DNA of 52,270 nt from Candidatus Hermodarchaeota archaeon (GCA_048885525.1 JBHLLP010000025.1:1-52270), one strand, 5' to 3'; positions 1 to 10,270 are shown, numbered from the stretch's first letter. The notes: a model not told the origin generated them from the sequence alone. A program made the numbers and translations.

Positions 1-68
1 CTAGCACCCTGTTGCTTCATTAATCGGCGAATTGGGCTCCATGCGAAAGAATGTTTCTTTTTAGCCAT
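1..68 (-). CDS. Archaeal histone (HMf/NFYB-like fold), 5' part only; runs off the window start
   Basis: Manual translation MAKKKHSFAWSPIRRLMKQQGA matches the histone helix-1 pattern (xPIxRLMKxxGA). GGAGGA SD lies ~8 nt upstream of the ATG. Not in the ORF track. Confidence 0.85.
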   Translation of the reverse strand, partial: MAKKKHSFAWSPIRRLMKQQGA

Positions 69-269
69 TTTTTATTCCTCCAACTTTTTTAATCAAAATT
101 TTTAAAAATTTAGATTTTTAATTTTTTTTGAAGTTATTAGTAAAGTTTCTTAGATAATATAATATCTGAAGAGTTATTTAAATGTTATGGCAAATCAGAA
201 GACTGAGAAGAGTTAAATAAAAAAAAAATCACGACAAAAAATTTTTATATTAAAAAATTACCCATCATC

Positions 270-640
270 TGTGATCACTCAATGGTTGATCATGATAAAA
301 ATTTGAAATGTTTTTGTTATTATGACCATTATTCAAATATTCAAATTGGTAAAACCAGTTTTTATATTAGTTTGGCTACGATTTAGTGGCGAATTAAGAA
401 AAATACAATTGATAAAAGTGATCCGCAATAAATGTGAATATAATTAATTATGTGATCATAGAATGGTCAACCCGTCAAAAAATATATATTAACTTTTATA
501 GAAACAAAATTATTCCGATATTAATTTTGGCTAAATCTTCTTTATTATAGTTTTTATGGTGATTTAATGGCGAATTAAAAAATTTTTAATTGAAAAAAAT
601 TATCCCCATTGAATTTCATAAGATAAAGTATTTGATCACA
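270..640. repeat. Degenerate ~181-bp tandem duplication (2 copies plus the start of a third), GATC-rich
   Basis: TGTGATCAnnnAATGGT at 270 and 451; GATTTArTGGCGAATTAA at 380 and 561; TGATCA again at 633. Intervening blocks align at the same 181-nt offset. Confidence 0.75.
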
Positions 641-872
641 TCAATTAAGAAATAATCATTTTAAGAAGTAAAAATTAATTATAATCTGGAGATCATAGGG
701 TCAATTGAAATATTAAAAATGATAAGTTTGAAATGGGAATAAACAATTTGGATTTTTAGGGGAAAAAGGTAAAATTTTATAAATTAAAAGAAAAATTTTA
801 ATTAATTCTGATTATTTATATTATCAAAAGATAACTAATTAATTCTATAATTTAGATATTAAGAGGATTAAA

Positions 873-1493
873 ATGGCGGAACAGCAGATAATGATACCCG
901 GTGCGGTTGGAGTGGCAATCAAGTGTAAAGACGGCGTAATACTCGGAAATGATCGTCGAGCCACTTGGGGTTATACTGTTACGAATAAATCGACTCAAAA
1001 AGTGTTTAAAATTACCGATTATATTGGATTAACTTGTTATGGTCTTATAGGGGACTTTCAGATACTTGTTCGGATCTTAAGAGCACAAGCAAATCTCTAT
1101 GATTTAGAGGCAGGTGAGCGTATCTCAACAAGAAGTATGGGTAAAATGGTCTCTAATTATCTTTACTCTCGGAAAATGATGCCCTTATATACGAATTTGG
1201 TGATTGCGGGAATGGATAAAGATGGGCCAAAATTGTATACACTCGACGCACTTGGTTCACTTATGGAAGATGATTATGGAACTGCTGGAACAGGGATGTT
1301 ACTATCAATTGGAATTTTAGAGGCGGAATATAAAAAAGATATGACTGTTACGGTAGGTGAGAAATTAGTGGAAAAAGCTATCAGGAGTTCTATCGCCCGT
1401 GATGCTATGACTGGAAATGGAATAGACATCTTAACTATAACTGCTGAAGGAGCTAAAGAGAAATTTTTTGAGATTAAAGAATTGGGAGAATAA
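873..1493 (+). CDS. psmB: Proteasome subunit beta, lacking catalytic Thr1
   Basis: GVAIKCKDGVILGNDRRAT, KVFKITDYIG, GTAGTG and RDAMTGNGID motifs; GAV in place of GTT. Confidence 0.93.
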   Translation: MAEQQIMIPGAVGVAIKCKDGVILGNDRRATWGYTVTNKSTQKVFKITDYIGLTCYGLIGDFQILVRILRAQANLYDLEAGERISTRSMGKMVSNYLYSRKMMPLYTNLVIAGMDKDGPKLYTLDALGSLMEDDYGTAGTGMLLSIGILEAEYKKDMTVTVGEKLVEKAIRSSIARDAMTGNGIDILTITAEGAKEKFFEIKELGE

Positions 1494-1609
1494 GTCCGTA
1501 AACTCCCTAATTTTATATTTCAGATATTCAATATTTAATCAATAAGAATTTATTTTATGAAAGCTTACTAATTATTAAATATCTAACGCTAATAACGGGT
1601 AAAACTACA

Positions 1610-3661
1610 TTGAATTTCTCTAATAATACGTATAATAATACAAGAAAGATTCTTGGTTTTACTAAAGATGATATTTTAGAGATAAAAAATAAAATTACCC
1701 AAACTAAATTAAAAGAAGCTGAGGAACCAGAAATAAACGAATATTTGAAATCTAAACTCCATCTTTCTTCTGAAATATATGATCAATATGGGAGTTATAT
1801 TGAGGAGCTTAAGAACTTTTCAGAAAAGTATTTGTTAACTCCTGAAACTCAAAATTATTACAACTTAAAAATGGAAATTTTTAATGAGTTAAGAGTTATA
1901 TCAGATAATTTACAGAACCTTAGCTCAAATATTCGTAATATAAAAAGAATTTCAAAAGATATTGTAAGTTTAGATAATTATTTGATAAGAATAGAAGAGC
2001 TACTTAAAGAAAGTACTCGTTTAGGGTCCAAAATACAGGAGTCTATTAAGGAAATTGACACACTTCAAGGAGATAATACAAAACTTTGGTTTGAAATTAA
2101 CAAAATTAAGAATTTAAATTTTAAGTTGAATGAGGTTCCTCCTTTTTTAGAGATTTGGGATGAGATAAAAGAACTGGTTATTTTTATTAATAGTATAAAC
2201 GAAGTCTTTTTGACAAAAAGTAAAAAAGATAAAAAAGAGAGGATTTTAACATTTCATTTTGAAGAAATTTATCAATATTTCAGCTCAAAAGATGGGAGCA
2301 AAATTAATTTTTATTCTGACTTAATTTATCTCCTATATTTAAACGATATATTTGAAATATATCATGGAGAAGAATTTATTAATATTCTTGAGAGGAAAGA
2401 AGTCATACAAAATCTTAAGGATTTCATAAATCCTTTACTTAAGGAATTAATTATAGATAAATTGTATAATATTCTCAATGAAATTGAAGATATAGATTTA
2501 AAAGAAAAAGAATTAAGTTTTAACATAAAAACTCTCAAGGATCAAAAAATTAGTGAATTTTTACCTAAGGTTGTAGATTATTATATTCTGGGTTTGGAAA
2601 AGAATTTTCAAGAAAAAATTCATGATATAATTAAAGCTGAGAGATTTGAAGAAGTAGCTAATTATTATTACCAAAAAATTGACGATTTTTCATTTATACT
2701 TAACGATATTGAAGATTGGGTCTTAAATATTGAGAATCTGCTCATTCCTTATGAAAACATTACTTCTGGGTTAAGAAAAATTTTTTCTAACTTGAATTCT
2801 GAGATATTTCGCAGAAAAAATGAATATCTAAGTTTTATTAAAACTGTCAAAGATGAGGAATTAAGAGTAGAAGTAAGAAAGTTTGTTACAGATAAAATTT
2901 CAGAAGTCAATGATTTAATCAGAGCCTATGAAGATGAAGCTTCACTAATAATTAAGGAAGAATTCCCCCAATTAAAAAGAATTAAAGAGATTTTAAATGA
3001 TTACTATCAAAAAATCCAAAATATTAAAGATAGTGTCTTCAAGAAATTATATTCTATGAAATCAAATGATATTGATATCTATCAAGTTTTTAAGTTTTGG
3101 GAAGAAAGTTTAAATCGTAAAAAACAACAGTTAACATTTCTCATATCTCTTCTTCTAAATAAATTATTTAAGAGCTTTAAAGATTTAATTGAAAAAGAGG
3201 GAATCTTATTTGCAACAATAACCGAAATTACCGAGCAAACTGAAAATTTCGAGGGATTACCTCTTAACTTTGCATTATCTTCCTTTTTAGCTGAGAAGCT
3301 AAGTGAAGAAGAATTAAAAGAAAGAATATCGGAAATAAAATCTAAAATAAATCAATTAAATAATTCCTTAGGTCTATATCAAGTGGAAGTATCAAAATTG
3401 GAAACAATTCTCGCAAATAGAGTTAAGATTAGAAAAGGTATTTCTAAATCTGATGTTCAATGTACAGTTTGCCACAAGTTCATTAATTTTGCTAAAGATA
3501 AAGTAATTACATGTCCTTTTTGTGCAAGTACATATCATTATCTATGTGTTGCATTCTGGCTTTCCAAATATAACTCATGTCCAATGTGTCAAAATCATTT
3601 TCTCGAACCTCATTCAGAACTTTTTGAGAGTGAAGAGGATCACGAATTAGGACGATACTAA
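1610..3661 (+). CDS. Long helical/coiled-coil protein with C-terminal C4HC3 RING finger (putative E3 ligase)
   Basis: C-x2-C-x13-C-x2-C-x4-H-x2-C-x3-W-x6-C-x2-C at the C-terminus; TTG start uncertain. Confidence 0.75.
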   Translation: MNFSNNTYNNTRKILGFTKDDILEIKNKITQTKLKEAEEPEINEYLKSKLHLSSEIYDQYGSYIEELKNFSEKYLLTPETQNYYNLKMEIFNELRVISDNLQNLSSNIRNIKRISKDIVSLDNYLIRIEELLKESTRLGSKIQESIKEIDTLQGDNTKLWFEINKIKNLNFKLNEVPPFLEIWDEIKELVIFINSINEVFLTKSKKDKKERILTFHFEEIYQYFSSKDGSKINFYSDLIYLLYLNDIFEIYHGEEFINILERKEVIQNLKDFINPLLKELIIDKLYNILNEIEDIDLKEKELSFNIKTLKDQKISEFLPKVVDYYILGLEKNFQEKIHDIIKAERFEEVANYYYQKIDDFSFILNDIEDWVLNIENLLIPYENITSGLRKIFSNLNSEIFRRKNEYLSFIKTVKDEELRVEVRKFVTDKISEVNDLIRAYEDEASLIIKEEFPQLKRIKEILNDYYQKIQNIKDSVFKKLYSMKSNDIDIYQVFKFWEESLNRKKQQLTFLISLLLNKLFKSFKDLIEKEGILFATITEITEQTENFEGLPLNFALSSFLAEKLSEEELKERISEIKSKINQLNNSLGLYQVEVSKLETILANRVKIRKGISKSDVQCTVCHKFINFAKDKVITCPFCASTYHYLCVAFWLSKYNSCPMCQNHFLEPHSELFESEEDHELGRY

Positions 3662-3717
3662 AACTCAATTTTATTAAAAATACTAATCTTATTTTATCTT
3701 TAGGAATTATATTAAGA

Positions 3718-4371
3718 TCATATAGCTGGAGGGAAGATAATTATATTCACTATTAGAAATATACCGAAAATTACCATAAAAACTCCACAAATTATTAAAA
3801 CATATTTATAAATTTTAGGATTCAATGATTTTCCACCAAGATACACAAAGATTGATATTGGAATATACCAAATAAAATCACCTAATTCATGTCCTAAAAA
3901 AAATAAAATTAGTCCAAGAGGATTGGCAAAACTTACATGATAGTTTATCAATAACCCTAATCCAATAAAAGCCCACCAAAATTCCCAATATGGGTTAGAT
4001 AGACTCACAACAATCCCTCCTATATAACTATTACCTTTATAGCCCTTAATATTTTCTTGAACTAAATCTGTGGTAAAAGTTGTTTTATATACGTCTCTTA
4101 CTACGAAAATACCGTATATTACAAGAAAAGTTCCGCCTATCATCCCGACGACAGTCAAGAATATTATATCCTGAAAAAAAAAGAATGCTCCTGCTAATAG
4201 TCCAATTATTAAAGAAAATTCAATTGTAGCATGCCCTAAAAGGATAAAAATTGCTGAAATATAACCTCTTTTTTGTTTAATAGATTTATATATAGTGAAT
4301 GTTAATAAAGGCCCAGGGGACAATGCTCCAGTAAGAGCTACTAGGAAGGATACTACAAAAATTTCAATCAT
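3718..4371 (-). CDS. LysE/RhtB family translocator
   Basis: ALSPGPL, GH, and SLSNPYW motifs; about 6 TM segments. Confidence 0.85.
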   Translation of the reverse strand: MIEIFVVSFLVALTGALSPGPLLTFTIYKSIKQKRGYISAIFILLGHATIEFSLIIGLLAGAFFFFQDIIFLTVVGMIGGTFLVIYGIFVVRDVYKTTFTTDLVQENIKGYKGNSYIGGIVVSLSNPYWEFWWAFIGLGLLINYHVSFANPLGLILFFLGHELGDFIWYIPISIFVYLGGKSLNPKIYKYVLIICGVFMVIFGIFLIVNIIIFPPAI

Positions 4372-4440
4372 AATTATAAGAAAATTTTAAATAAATTACA
4401 AAAATAACAGCTGGTTTTTGAGAAAACTCAGAAAAAGTAA

Positions 4441-4905
4441 TTATCCAAACAACTTAAATACGACTGCTAATGTAACTAATACTATTATAAGAATCGGTAT
4501 CGTTAACACCAAAAACCAGAAATAAGCTTTAAAAAAACCTTTTCTAAAAGCCTTTACACCATCTTTCCATTCTTTTTGAGTTTTTTCCTGCCAATTTTTT
4601 ATGTCTTGTTGAATTTTTGATTTACGAGTCTCCCATTGTTCTTTCGTTTCTAAATTACGTTGTTCCATTTCAGTGGTCCATTGCTTTATTTTATTATCCC
4701 AATCTTGCTTTACTTTATTAAAGAACCCATCAACTTTTTCTTTGTTTTCTGCCCAAAATTCTTTATTTTTTTTTGCTTGTTGTTCTAAAGACACTGTAAA
4801 TTTGTTAAATCCATCCTTAGCACCATCAATGAAATTTTTCCAACCTTTTAATAAAGGTTTCTGTTCTTCTTTTTCGGAATCGTTAAAATTATTTTGTTCA
4901 CTCAT
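4441..4905 (-). CDS. Tail-anchored amphipathic helical hypothetical protein
   Basis: Trp/Phe-rich charged helical body followed by a single C-terminal TM. Confidence 0.7.
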   Translation of the reverse strand: MSEQNNFNDSEKEEQKPLLKGWKNFIDGAKDGFNKFTVSLEQQAKKNKEFWAENKEKVDGFFNKVKQDWDNKIKQWTTEMEQRNLETKEQWETRKSKIQQDIKNWQEKTQKEWKDGVKAFRKGFFKAYFWFLVLTIPILIIVLVTLAVVFKLFG

Positions 4906-5022
4906 ATTTTTTTTTTAATTCTTTCTAATATTTAAATTCAGCAAATAAATTTCATTTACTTTTCGAAATTATTTATTCCTAGATAACTTTGTTTATAATT
5001 TTTAAAATGTGTTCTATTAATT

Positions 5023-6399
5023 ATGAAATTTGACATTATTCAAAAAACACCATTATACAGTGTTTTATCAGAAGTAGGGAAAAAAATATTTCTTCCAGAT
5101 GGTATTTTCTATTGGGCAGGAAGAGCAAAAAAGGAAGCTGAATTAATTGGAACTTTAGGAGCTGCTTATGGATTTGAAAAAGATTTTATAGATGGCGGAA
5201 GTTCCGATTGGTTACCATGCTATCTTAAAGAAATTTCAAATTATTCCCGACTTTCTATCAAAGAAATCATACCATATACTTCTATTGGAGGTTTACTTGA
5301 AACAAGAAAAATTTGGAAAGAATGGATAATCAGGAAATCGTTATATAGAGAGGAAGATGAATCTCTTTTATCCAGGTTAGATAAATATATAACAACTCCA
5401 GTAATCACAGGGGGAGTGACAAATGGAATATTTCAAGGATGTGTAATGTTTTTGAATCCAAATGATTATATTATTATGCCAAATAAGAGATGGGGTAATT
5501 ATGATAATATAATTAATAAATTTATTGGGGCAAAAACTCGAACATTTGAATTCTTTAAAAATAGTGAGATGAATATTAATGCGTTGAAAACTGCGATTAA
5601 TGAAGTTGCTGAAATTCAAAATAAAGTTGTTATTTTACTGAATTTTCCAAATAATCCGACTGGATATGTTCCTACAAAAGTAGAAGCTTCCACTCTCGTT
5701 AAGATGCTTAAAGATAGTCAAAGAAATCATAAAAAACCCATAATCATATTAGTTGATGATGCCTATGAACCATATATTTATAAGAATAATGTTTTAAATA
5801 AATCAATTTTCTATGATCTTCACCGATTAGATGAAGATGTAATTCCTGTTAAATTAGACGGAATAACTAAAGAACTCTTGATTTATGGTGGACGTGTTGG
5901 TTTTATCACTCTTGGTATAAAACCATCATGGATAGAAAATGATGAAGAGTTAGAAAAGTTAAAAACTGAGATTAATAATAAACTAGAAGGCTTTATTCGG
6001 GCAACAATATCAAATTGTAATAGTTTTTATCAAGTACTCGTCCATAAACTATTTCAGGAAAATAGTATGGAACATATCATCAATTCACGCGAGTCTGTAA
6101 AAAATTTACTTAAAAATAGGTATGAGTGTATTAATTCTGAGCTTAAAAAAATTTGTAATCCAAATATATCAATTGATCCTAATTCGGGGGGATTTTTTGT
6201 TTTTGTAAATTTAAATCCTGACAAAATTAAAGCAACAGAATTTGCTGATCACTTATTAAAAGAATATAAAGTAGGAATTATACCAATCGAAAAATCGGAT
6301 GAAAATATTAATGGTATACGTATTGCTTATTGTTCTATAGATCTTAACATAATTCCAGAATTAGTAAAAAGAATAAATCTAGCTCTTAATGATTTTTAA
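5023..6399 (+). CDS. PLP-dependent aminotransferase class I/II
   Basis: NFPNNPTG, DDAY, and DGITK...GGRVGF (PLP lysine) motifs. Confidence 0.9.
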   Translation: MKFDIIQKTPLYSVLSEVGKKIFLPDGIFYWAGRAKKEAELIGTLGAAYGFEKDFIDGGSSDWLPCYLKEISNYSRLSIKEIIPYTSIGGLLETRKIWKEWIIRKSLYREEDESLLSRLDKYITTPVITGGVTNGIFQGCVMFLNPNDYIIMPNKRWGNYDNIINKFIGAKTRTFEFFKNSEMNINALKTAINEVAEIQNKVVILLNFPNNPTGYVPTKVEASTLVKMLKDSQRNHKKPIIILVDDAYEPYIYKNNVLNKSIFYDLHRLDEDVIPVKLDGITKELLIYGGRVGFITLGIKPSWIENDEELEKLKTEINNKLEGFIRATISNCNSFYQVLVHKLFQENSMEHIINSRESVKNLLKNRYECINSELKKICNPNISIDPNSGGFFVFVNLNPDKIKATEFADHLLKEYKVGIIPIEKSDENINGIRIAYCSIDLNIIPELVKRINLALNDF

Positions 6400-6509
6400 A
6401 GGAAGTCTAAAGATAAATACATATATATTATCTAAATTTATAAAATAGTTAAAAAAAAGATTTTTTAAAAAAACTATATCGCAAATTAAAAAAAAAAAGG
6501 TTGATATAA

Positions 6510-7517
6510 TTGAAGCTATTTATGATTGACCAAGGAAATTTAAATGAAATCAATAAATTAATCTTTTCAAGCGGCGATGTTTATTTATTAGATGACGAAA
6601 AAACGATTTATATATGGATTGGAAATAAATGCTCAGTAGATGAGAAAACTGCTGGTGCTGCTCAAGCAAGAGCTCTCGATCAGCAACGTGGTGGTGCAGC
6701 GAAGATAATAACAGTAGATCAAGGACAAGAACCAAAGGAATTCCTCAAAGCTATTAATTCCATGGGAGCAATGAAAATTGTGGAGAAAAATTATGCAAAA
6801 ACATTACTTAAAGATGTAACTACGGGAGATTTCGCACAATTCCACGAATGGAAAAATGTTCTTTATCGTGTTTCCTCAGAAGAATTCGAGGATATCAATG
6901 CTATGAAAATGATTCAAGTTCCCTTTAAAAAAGAATCTTTAGCATCAGAAGATTGTTTTGTTGCGGATTTGGGAAACAAAGTTTATATCTGGCAAGGAAA
7001 TGCATGTACTACAACTGAAAAAGTTAAAGCTGGACAATGGGCACGTTCTATAGATGCAGATAGAGCTGGTTTACAACAAGAAACTATTTTTGAAGAGGAT
7101 GATGATGCAGAATTTATAAATGCTTTAGTTCGAGGAGAAGACTATAAAGAATCTGATGCTGTACAACTAAAAGCAGAATCGGTATTAGAAGGAGAAGATG
7201 AGGATGATAGGATTGCGAAAGCTATCAAGCCTGAAATTAAAGCAGAGGTTAAAGATGTTTCTCCAGCAGAGGTTAAAGCTGATATTTCTGAAGTTAAAGC
7301 TTCAGGAGCTGCTCCAGGAATACCTGGAAGAACTGATGCCTCCATTCTAACAGTTGAACATGTTGAGGGGAGAAGAAAGTGCCCTGAATGTGGTAATGAA
7401 AACCCTCTTATGATTCATGAGAGTGTTGATAAAGGAAACATCATATTAGACTACCCACGTATGTATGGGAAAAAATATCGCTGCGGAGAGTGTGGGGTGG
7501 AGTGGCGGGAAAAATAA
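6510..7517 (+). CDS. Two-domain gelsolin-like protein with C-terminal Zn ribbon
   Basis: Two gelsolin repeats (SGDVYLLD...IYIWIG...DEK; SEDCFVAD...VYIWQG...TEK), WH2-like LLKDV linker, C-terminal CPECG...CGECG; TTG start with AGGTTGA SD. Confidence 0.9.
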   Translation: MKLFMIDQGNLNEINKLIFSSGDVYLLDDEKTIYIWIGNKCSVDEKTAGAAQARALDQQRGGAAKIITVDQGQEPKEFLKAINSMGAMKIVEKNYAKTLLKDVTTGDFAQFHEWKNVLYRVSSEEFEDINAMKMIQVPFKKESLASEDCFVADLGNKVYIWQGNACTTTEKVKAGQWARSIDADRAGLQQETIFEEDDDAEFINALVRGEDYKESDAVQLKAESVLEGEDEDDRIAKAIKPEIKAEVKDVSPAEVKADISEVKASGAAPGIPGRTDASILTVEHVEGRRKCPECGNENPLMIHESVDKGNIILDYPRMYGKKYRCGECGVEWREK

Positions 7518-7585
7518 GTTTATAATATTTATTTTTTATTCTTTTTTTAAATTCTTTAAACTATAAGAAAAATTCTTTTTATAAA

Positions 7586-8653
7586 TTAAATTCTTTGAAA
7601 ATCACGCCTCATTAACTTGATCTTCTTTTTTAGTTCTATAATTTCATTTTCTTTTTGTTCAATGTCAGATTCAAGTTTTACTTTCTCATCTTTTAACTGT
7701 TTTAGTTCTTGTGAGTTGTCTTGAAACCTTGCTGCTTCTTGTTTTAGACTTTTAATTTCATCTTGTTTATCATCAAGAATACTACGAAGATTTGCTAATT
7801 CCATTTCAAATTTACCAGTGAGGTTACCAGATTTTTTATGCGCTTCTTCCAATTTTTCTTCAAGACGTCCAATTATTTCCTGATTAGTAATATTCTTCTG
7901 TTTTAACTCTTCAACTTCTATAGCTAATGATTTGTTTCTTTCTATTTTCATTTCAAGGTCCTTTTTAACTAAATTGAATGTTTCAATTTGCTGTTGGAGG
8001 TCATGAATCTTTTGATTCGCTGTTTTTACCTCATTCTCAATATTAAAAATTACTTTTTCTTTTTCTGTTATTATTTCATCTTTTTTCTCTAGAAGTAATT
8101 CAAGTTTTTCAAACTTTGATTTTTGAATAGAATCACTTTCAAGGTATTGTAATTGTTCTTTTAATTCTTTTATCAAAATCTCTTTTTCATTTAATTTATT
8201 TTCTAGATCTTGATTTGTAGTTTGATCTGACTGAATTTGTTCAATTTGTGTTGTTAATTCTTTAATTTTTTCAATTTGATCATTAATTATTTTATTTAGT
8301 TTTGTAGATTGTTCATTGAGAGTTGAATTCAAATTTTCAATTTCATCATTTTTCTCCTCAATCGTTTCATATAATTTTTGAATCGCTTGCCCTTGGACAG
8401 CTTTTTCTTCTGCTTTTTGAGATAATTTTTGAACTTTTTCTTCTAAATTTGTTATCTTGTCATTTTGATCGTTGATCTCACCTATTAATCTTTTATTTTC
8501 TTCCATAAAGAAATTTAATTGTTCTTTTAGGTTATCTTCTGTTTCAATACTTGGCTCTTCTTCCTCTTTTTCTTCTACCCAACCGAGTGTTGAGAGGGCA
8601 TCTATAATTGATTTATCACTATCTTCTTCATGAGGTTCACGTTCATCTGGCAT
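7586..8653 (-). CDS. Long coiled-coil protein with acidic N-terminus
   Basis: About 310 aa of continuous E/K/Q/L heptads; no ATPase motif. Confidence 0.75.
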   Translation of the reverse strand: MPDEREPHEEDSDKSIIDALSTLGWVEEKEEEEPSIETEDNLKEQLNFFMEENKRLIGEINDQNDKITNLEEKVQKLSQKAEEKAVQGQAIQKLYETIEEKNDEIENLNSTLNEQSTKLNKIINDQIEKIKELTTQIEQIQSDQTTNQDLENKLNEKEILIKELKEQLQYLESDSIQKSKFEKLELLLEKKDEIITEKEKVIFNIENEVKTANQKIHDLQQQIETFNLVKKDLEMKIERNKSLAIEVEELKQKNITNQEIIGRLEEKLEEAHKKSGNLTGKFEMELANLRSILDDKQDEIKSLKQEAARFQDNSQELKQLKDEKVKLESDIEQKENEIIELKKKIKLMRRDFQRI

Positions 8654-8719
8654 ATGTTTAAGAACACCTTTTAATCTATTAAATTTTTTTATTATACCTT
8701 CTTGAAATATTAATAATCA

Positions 8720-9193
8720 TTAAACATTAAAAACATATTTTCTATCAAGGAAAAACTTTGTCAAATACCCTATTGATAATGCGATAATGAAGCTAATTTC
8801 TAGTCGTGTATTAAGAAAATTTGTTAATAAAAATTGAATTCCAATATTTTCAATTGTAGTTAAAATAGCAAACCCGAAGTATTTAAAGAATTCTATCGAA
8901 GTTTCTCTTAATTGTGTTTCGGTTTTTTTAAAAACTATAAATTTATCCAGGAAGAATTTGATGACATATGTGATGCCTACGGCAAATATAGAACCAATTA
9001 ATTCTGGGATATTAAAAGGATCAGTTGAACAATATAATACATGAAAAAATTCAATTGAACCAAAATTTTGACAAATGAAAGGAGCAACTGCTAATTGGTT
9101 TAATTTTTGAATTAAATAATTGAGCCCTATCATAGCTACCGCAAAAATAAAATAGAGCGTCATTTGTCTTTTCACATCATTATCCTCGGTCAT
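8720..9193 (-). CDS. GtrA-like membrane protein
   Basis: Four TM segments with duplicated KFFLDK/RxxVF half-repeats. Confidence 0.75.
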   Translation of the reverse strand: MTEDNDVKRQMTLYFIFAVAMIGLNYLIQKLNQLAVAPFICQNFGSIEFFHVLYCSTDPFNIPELIGSIFAVGITYVIKFFLDKFIVFKKTETQLRETSIEFFKYFGFAILTTIENIGIQFLLTNFLNTRLEISFIIALSIGYLTKFFLDRKYVFNV

Positions 9194-9206
9194 AAAACAT
9201 CACACT

Positions 9207-9500
9207 TTAGTCATTATTTAATTTTTCTCCACAACGATAACAAAACTTTGCGATAACTTTTGTTATTTCTCCACCGCAACTAGGACAGTATCTTTTTTCT
9301 AAATATTTATAATTCTGATAAGTAGATGGTTCTTTAATATATTCTTTATTTTTAACTTTACTTTTATTAAATGATCTAAATGAGAAAGGTAAAAAGCATA
9401 TAATTGGAAGAAAGAAAAAGAAATTTAACATAATTGATAAGATTAAGAAAACGAGAAAAAGCCCGAAGAAAATTAGGTTTAAAATAATGTTTCGATTCAT
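9207..9500 (-). CDS. Small membrane-anchored zinc-ribbon protein
   Basis: Hydrophobic N-terminus; CPSCG...FCYRCGEKL. Confidence 0.75.
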   Translation of the reverse strand: MNRNIILNLIFFGLFLVFLILSIMLNFFFFLPIICFLPFSFRSFNKSKVKNKEYIKEPSTYQNYKYLEKRYCPSCGGEITKVIAKFCYRCGEKLNND

Positions 9501-9549
9501 TGTTTTTTTAAATTAAATACTAATAAATAAATTAAATAAATTAAGATGA

Positions 9550-10155
9550 TTATTCTTCAATACGCTGTTTCCAAGAATCTTTACTTTTACTGTCCTCATC
9601 CACTAATTGATTTTGGGAGCTAGAAGATTCAAAGAAAGAAAGACCCATATTTTGCCGTGTTGGTGAAACTATACTCATAATTTCTCTTAAAGAACTCTGT
9701 GTTTTTGTTTCCTTCCCTGTTACTTTTTTATAAAGTTTCTTTACACCATATATTATTAAAGAAAAACCTATTGAAAAAATAAAATAGATTGCAACCCATC
9801 CATTCCCGAAAATTAATATCGGGATTGGTAATAATCCAGATGCATAATCAGCATAAATAAATAGAAGAACTGCAAATATTCCCATAAAAACACTACAACT
9901 AATACACATAGGAAAAAATTGCTTTTTCATCATTAGTTTCATAAATTGAACTGATTCTTGCTGTGTCTGAGCTAATAATTGATAATCCCCTAAAACTTGC
10001 GCGTTTCTTATACGTTCTTGAAGATTCAATGCTTTTTTCCTCAATTCACTCAGATTTTCTTTTCTTAATCCTAATACATAATTAAGACCAATTCTGAGGA
10101 TTGTCATACCAATGGTTATGAACATTATTTGTATTATAATTACTACATTTGACAT
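9550..10155 (-). CDS. DUF106 / TMCO1-EMC3 (Oxa1 superfamily) membrane insertase-like protein
   Basis: TM1, cytosolic coiled hairpin, Met-rich MMKKQFFPM segment, TM2, then GWxxxYFxxS TM3. Confidence 0.75.
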   Translation of the reverse strand: MSNVVIIIQIMFITIGMTILRIGLNYVLGLRKENLSELRKKALNLQERIRNAQVLGDYQLLAQTQQESVQFMKLMMKKQFFPMCISCSVFMGIFAVLLFIYADYASGLLPIPILIFGNGWVAIYFIFSIGFSLIIYGVKKLYKKVTGKETKTQSSLREIMSIVSPTRQNMGLSFFESSSSQNQLVDEDSKSKDSWKQRIEE

Positions 10156-10270
10156 TATACCATCACTATATTAGGAAAAATATATTTAAAATTAAATTTT
10201 TTGAATTCTTTTTTTCTTATATTCAAAAATTTCAATCCTATTAAAAATTAAGAATAAGCAAGAATGTCTA

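Noticed and set aside
270-640. CRISPR array or canonical ORB origin
   Set aside because: Only two degenerate long units, no identical short repeats with spacers, no G-string ORB motif, and no cas or cdc6 gene in the window
7230-7305. AGCAGAGGTTAAAG repeats in the gelsolin gene
   Set aside because: They encode a low-complexity (A/S)EVK linker and are not an independent DNA element
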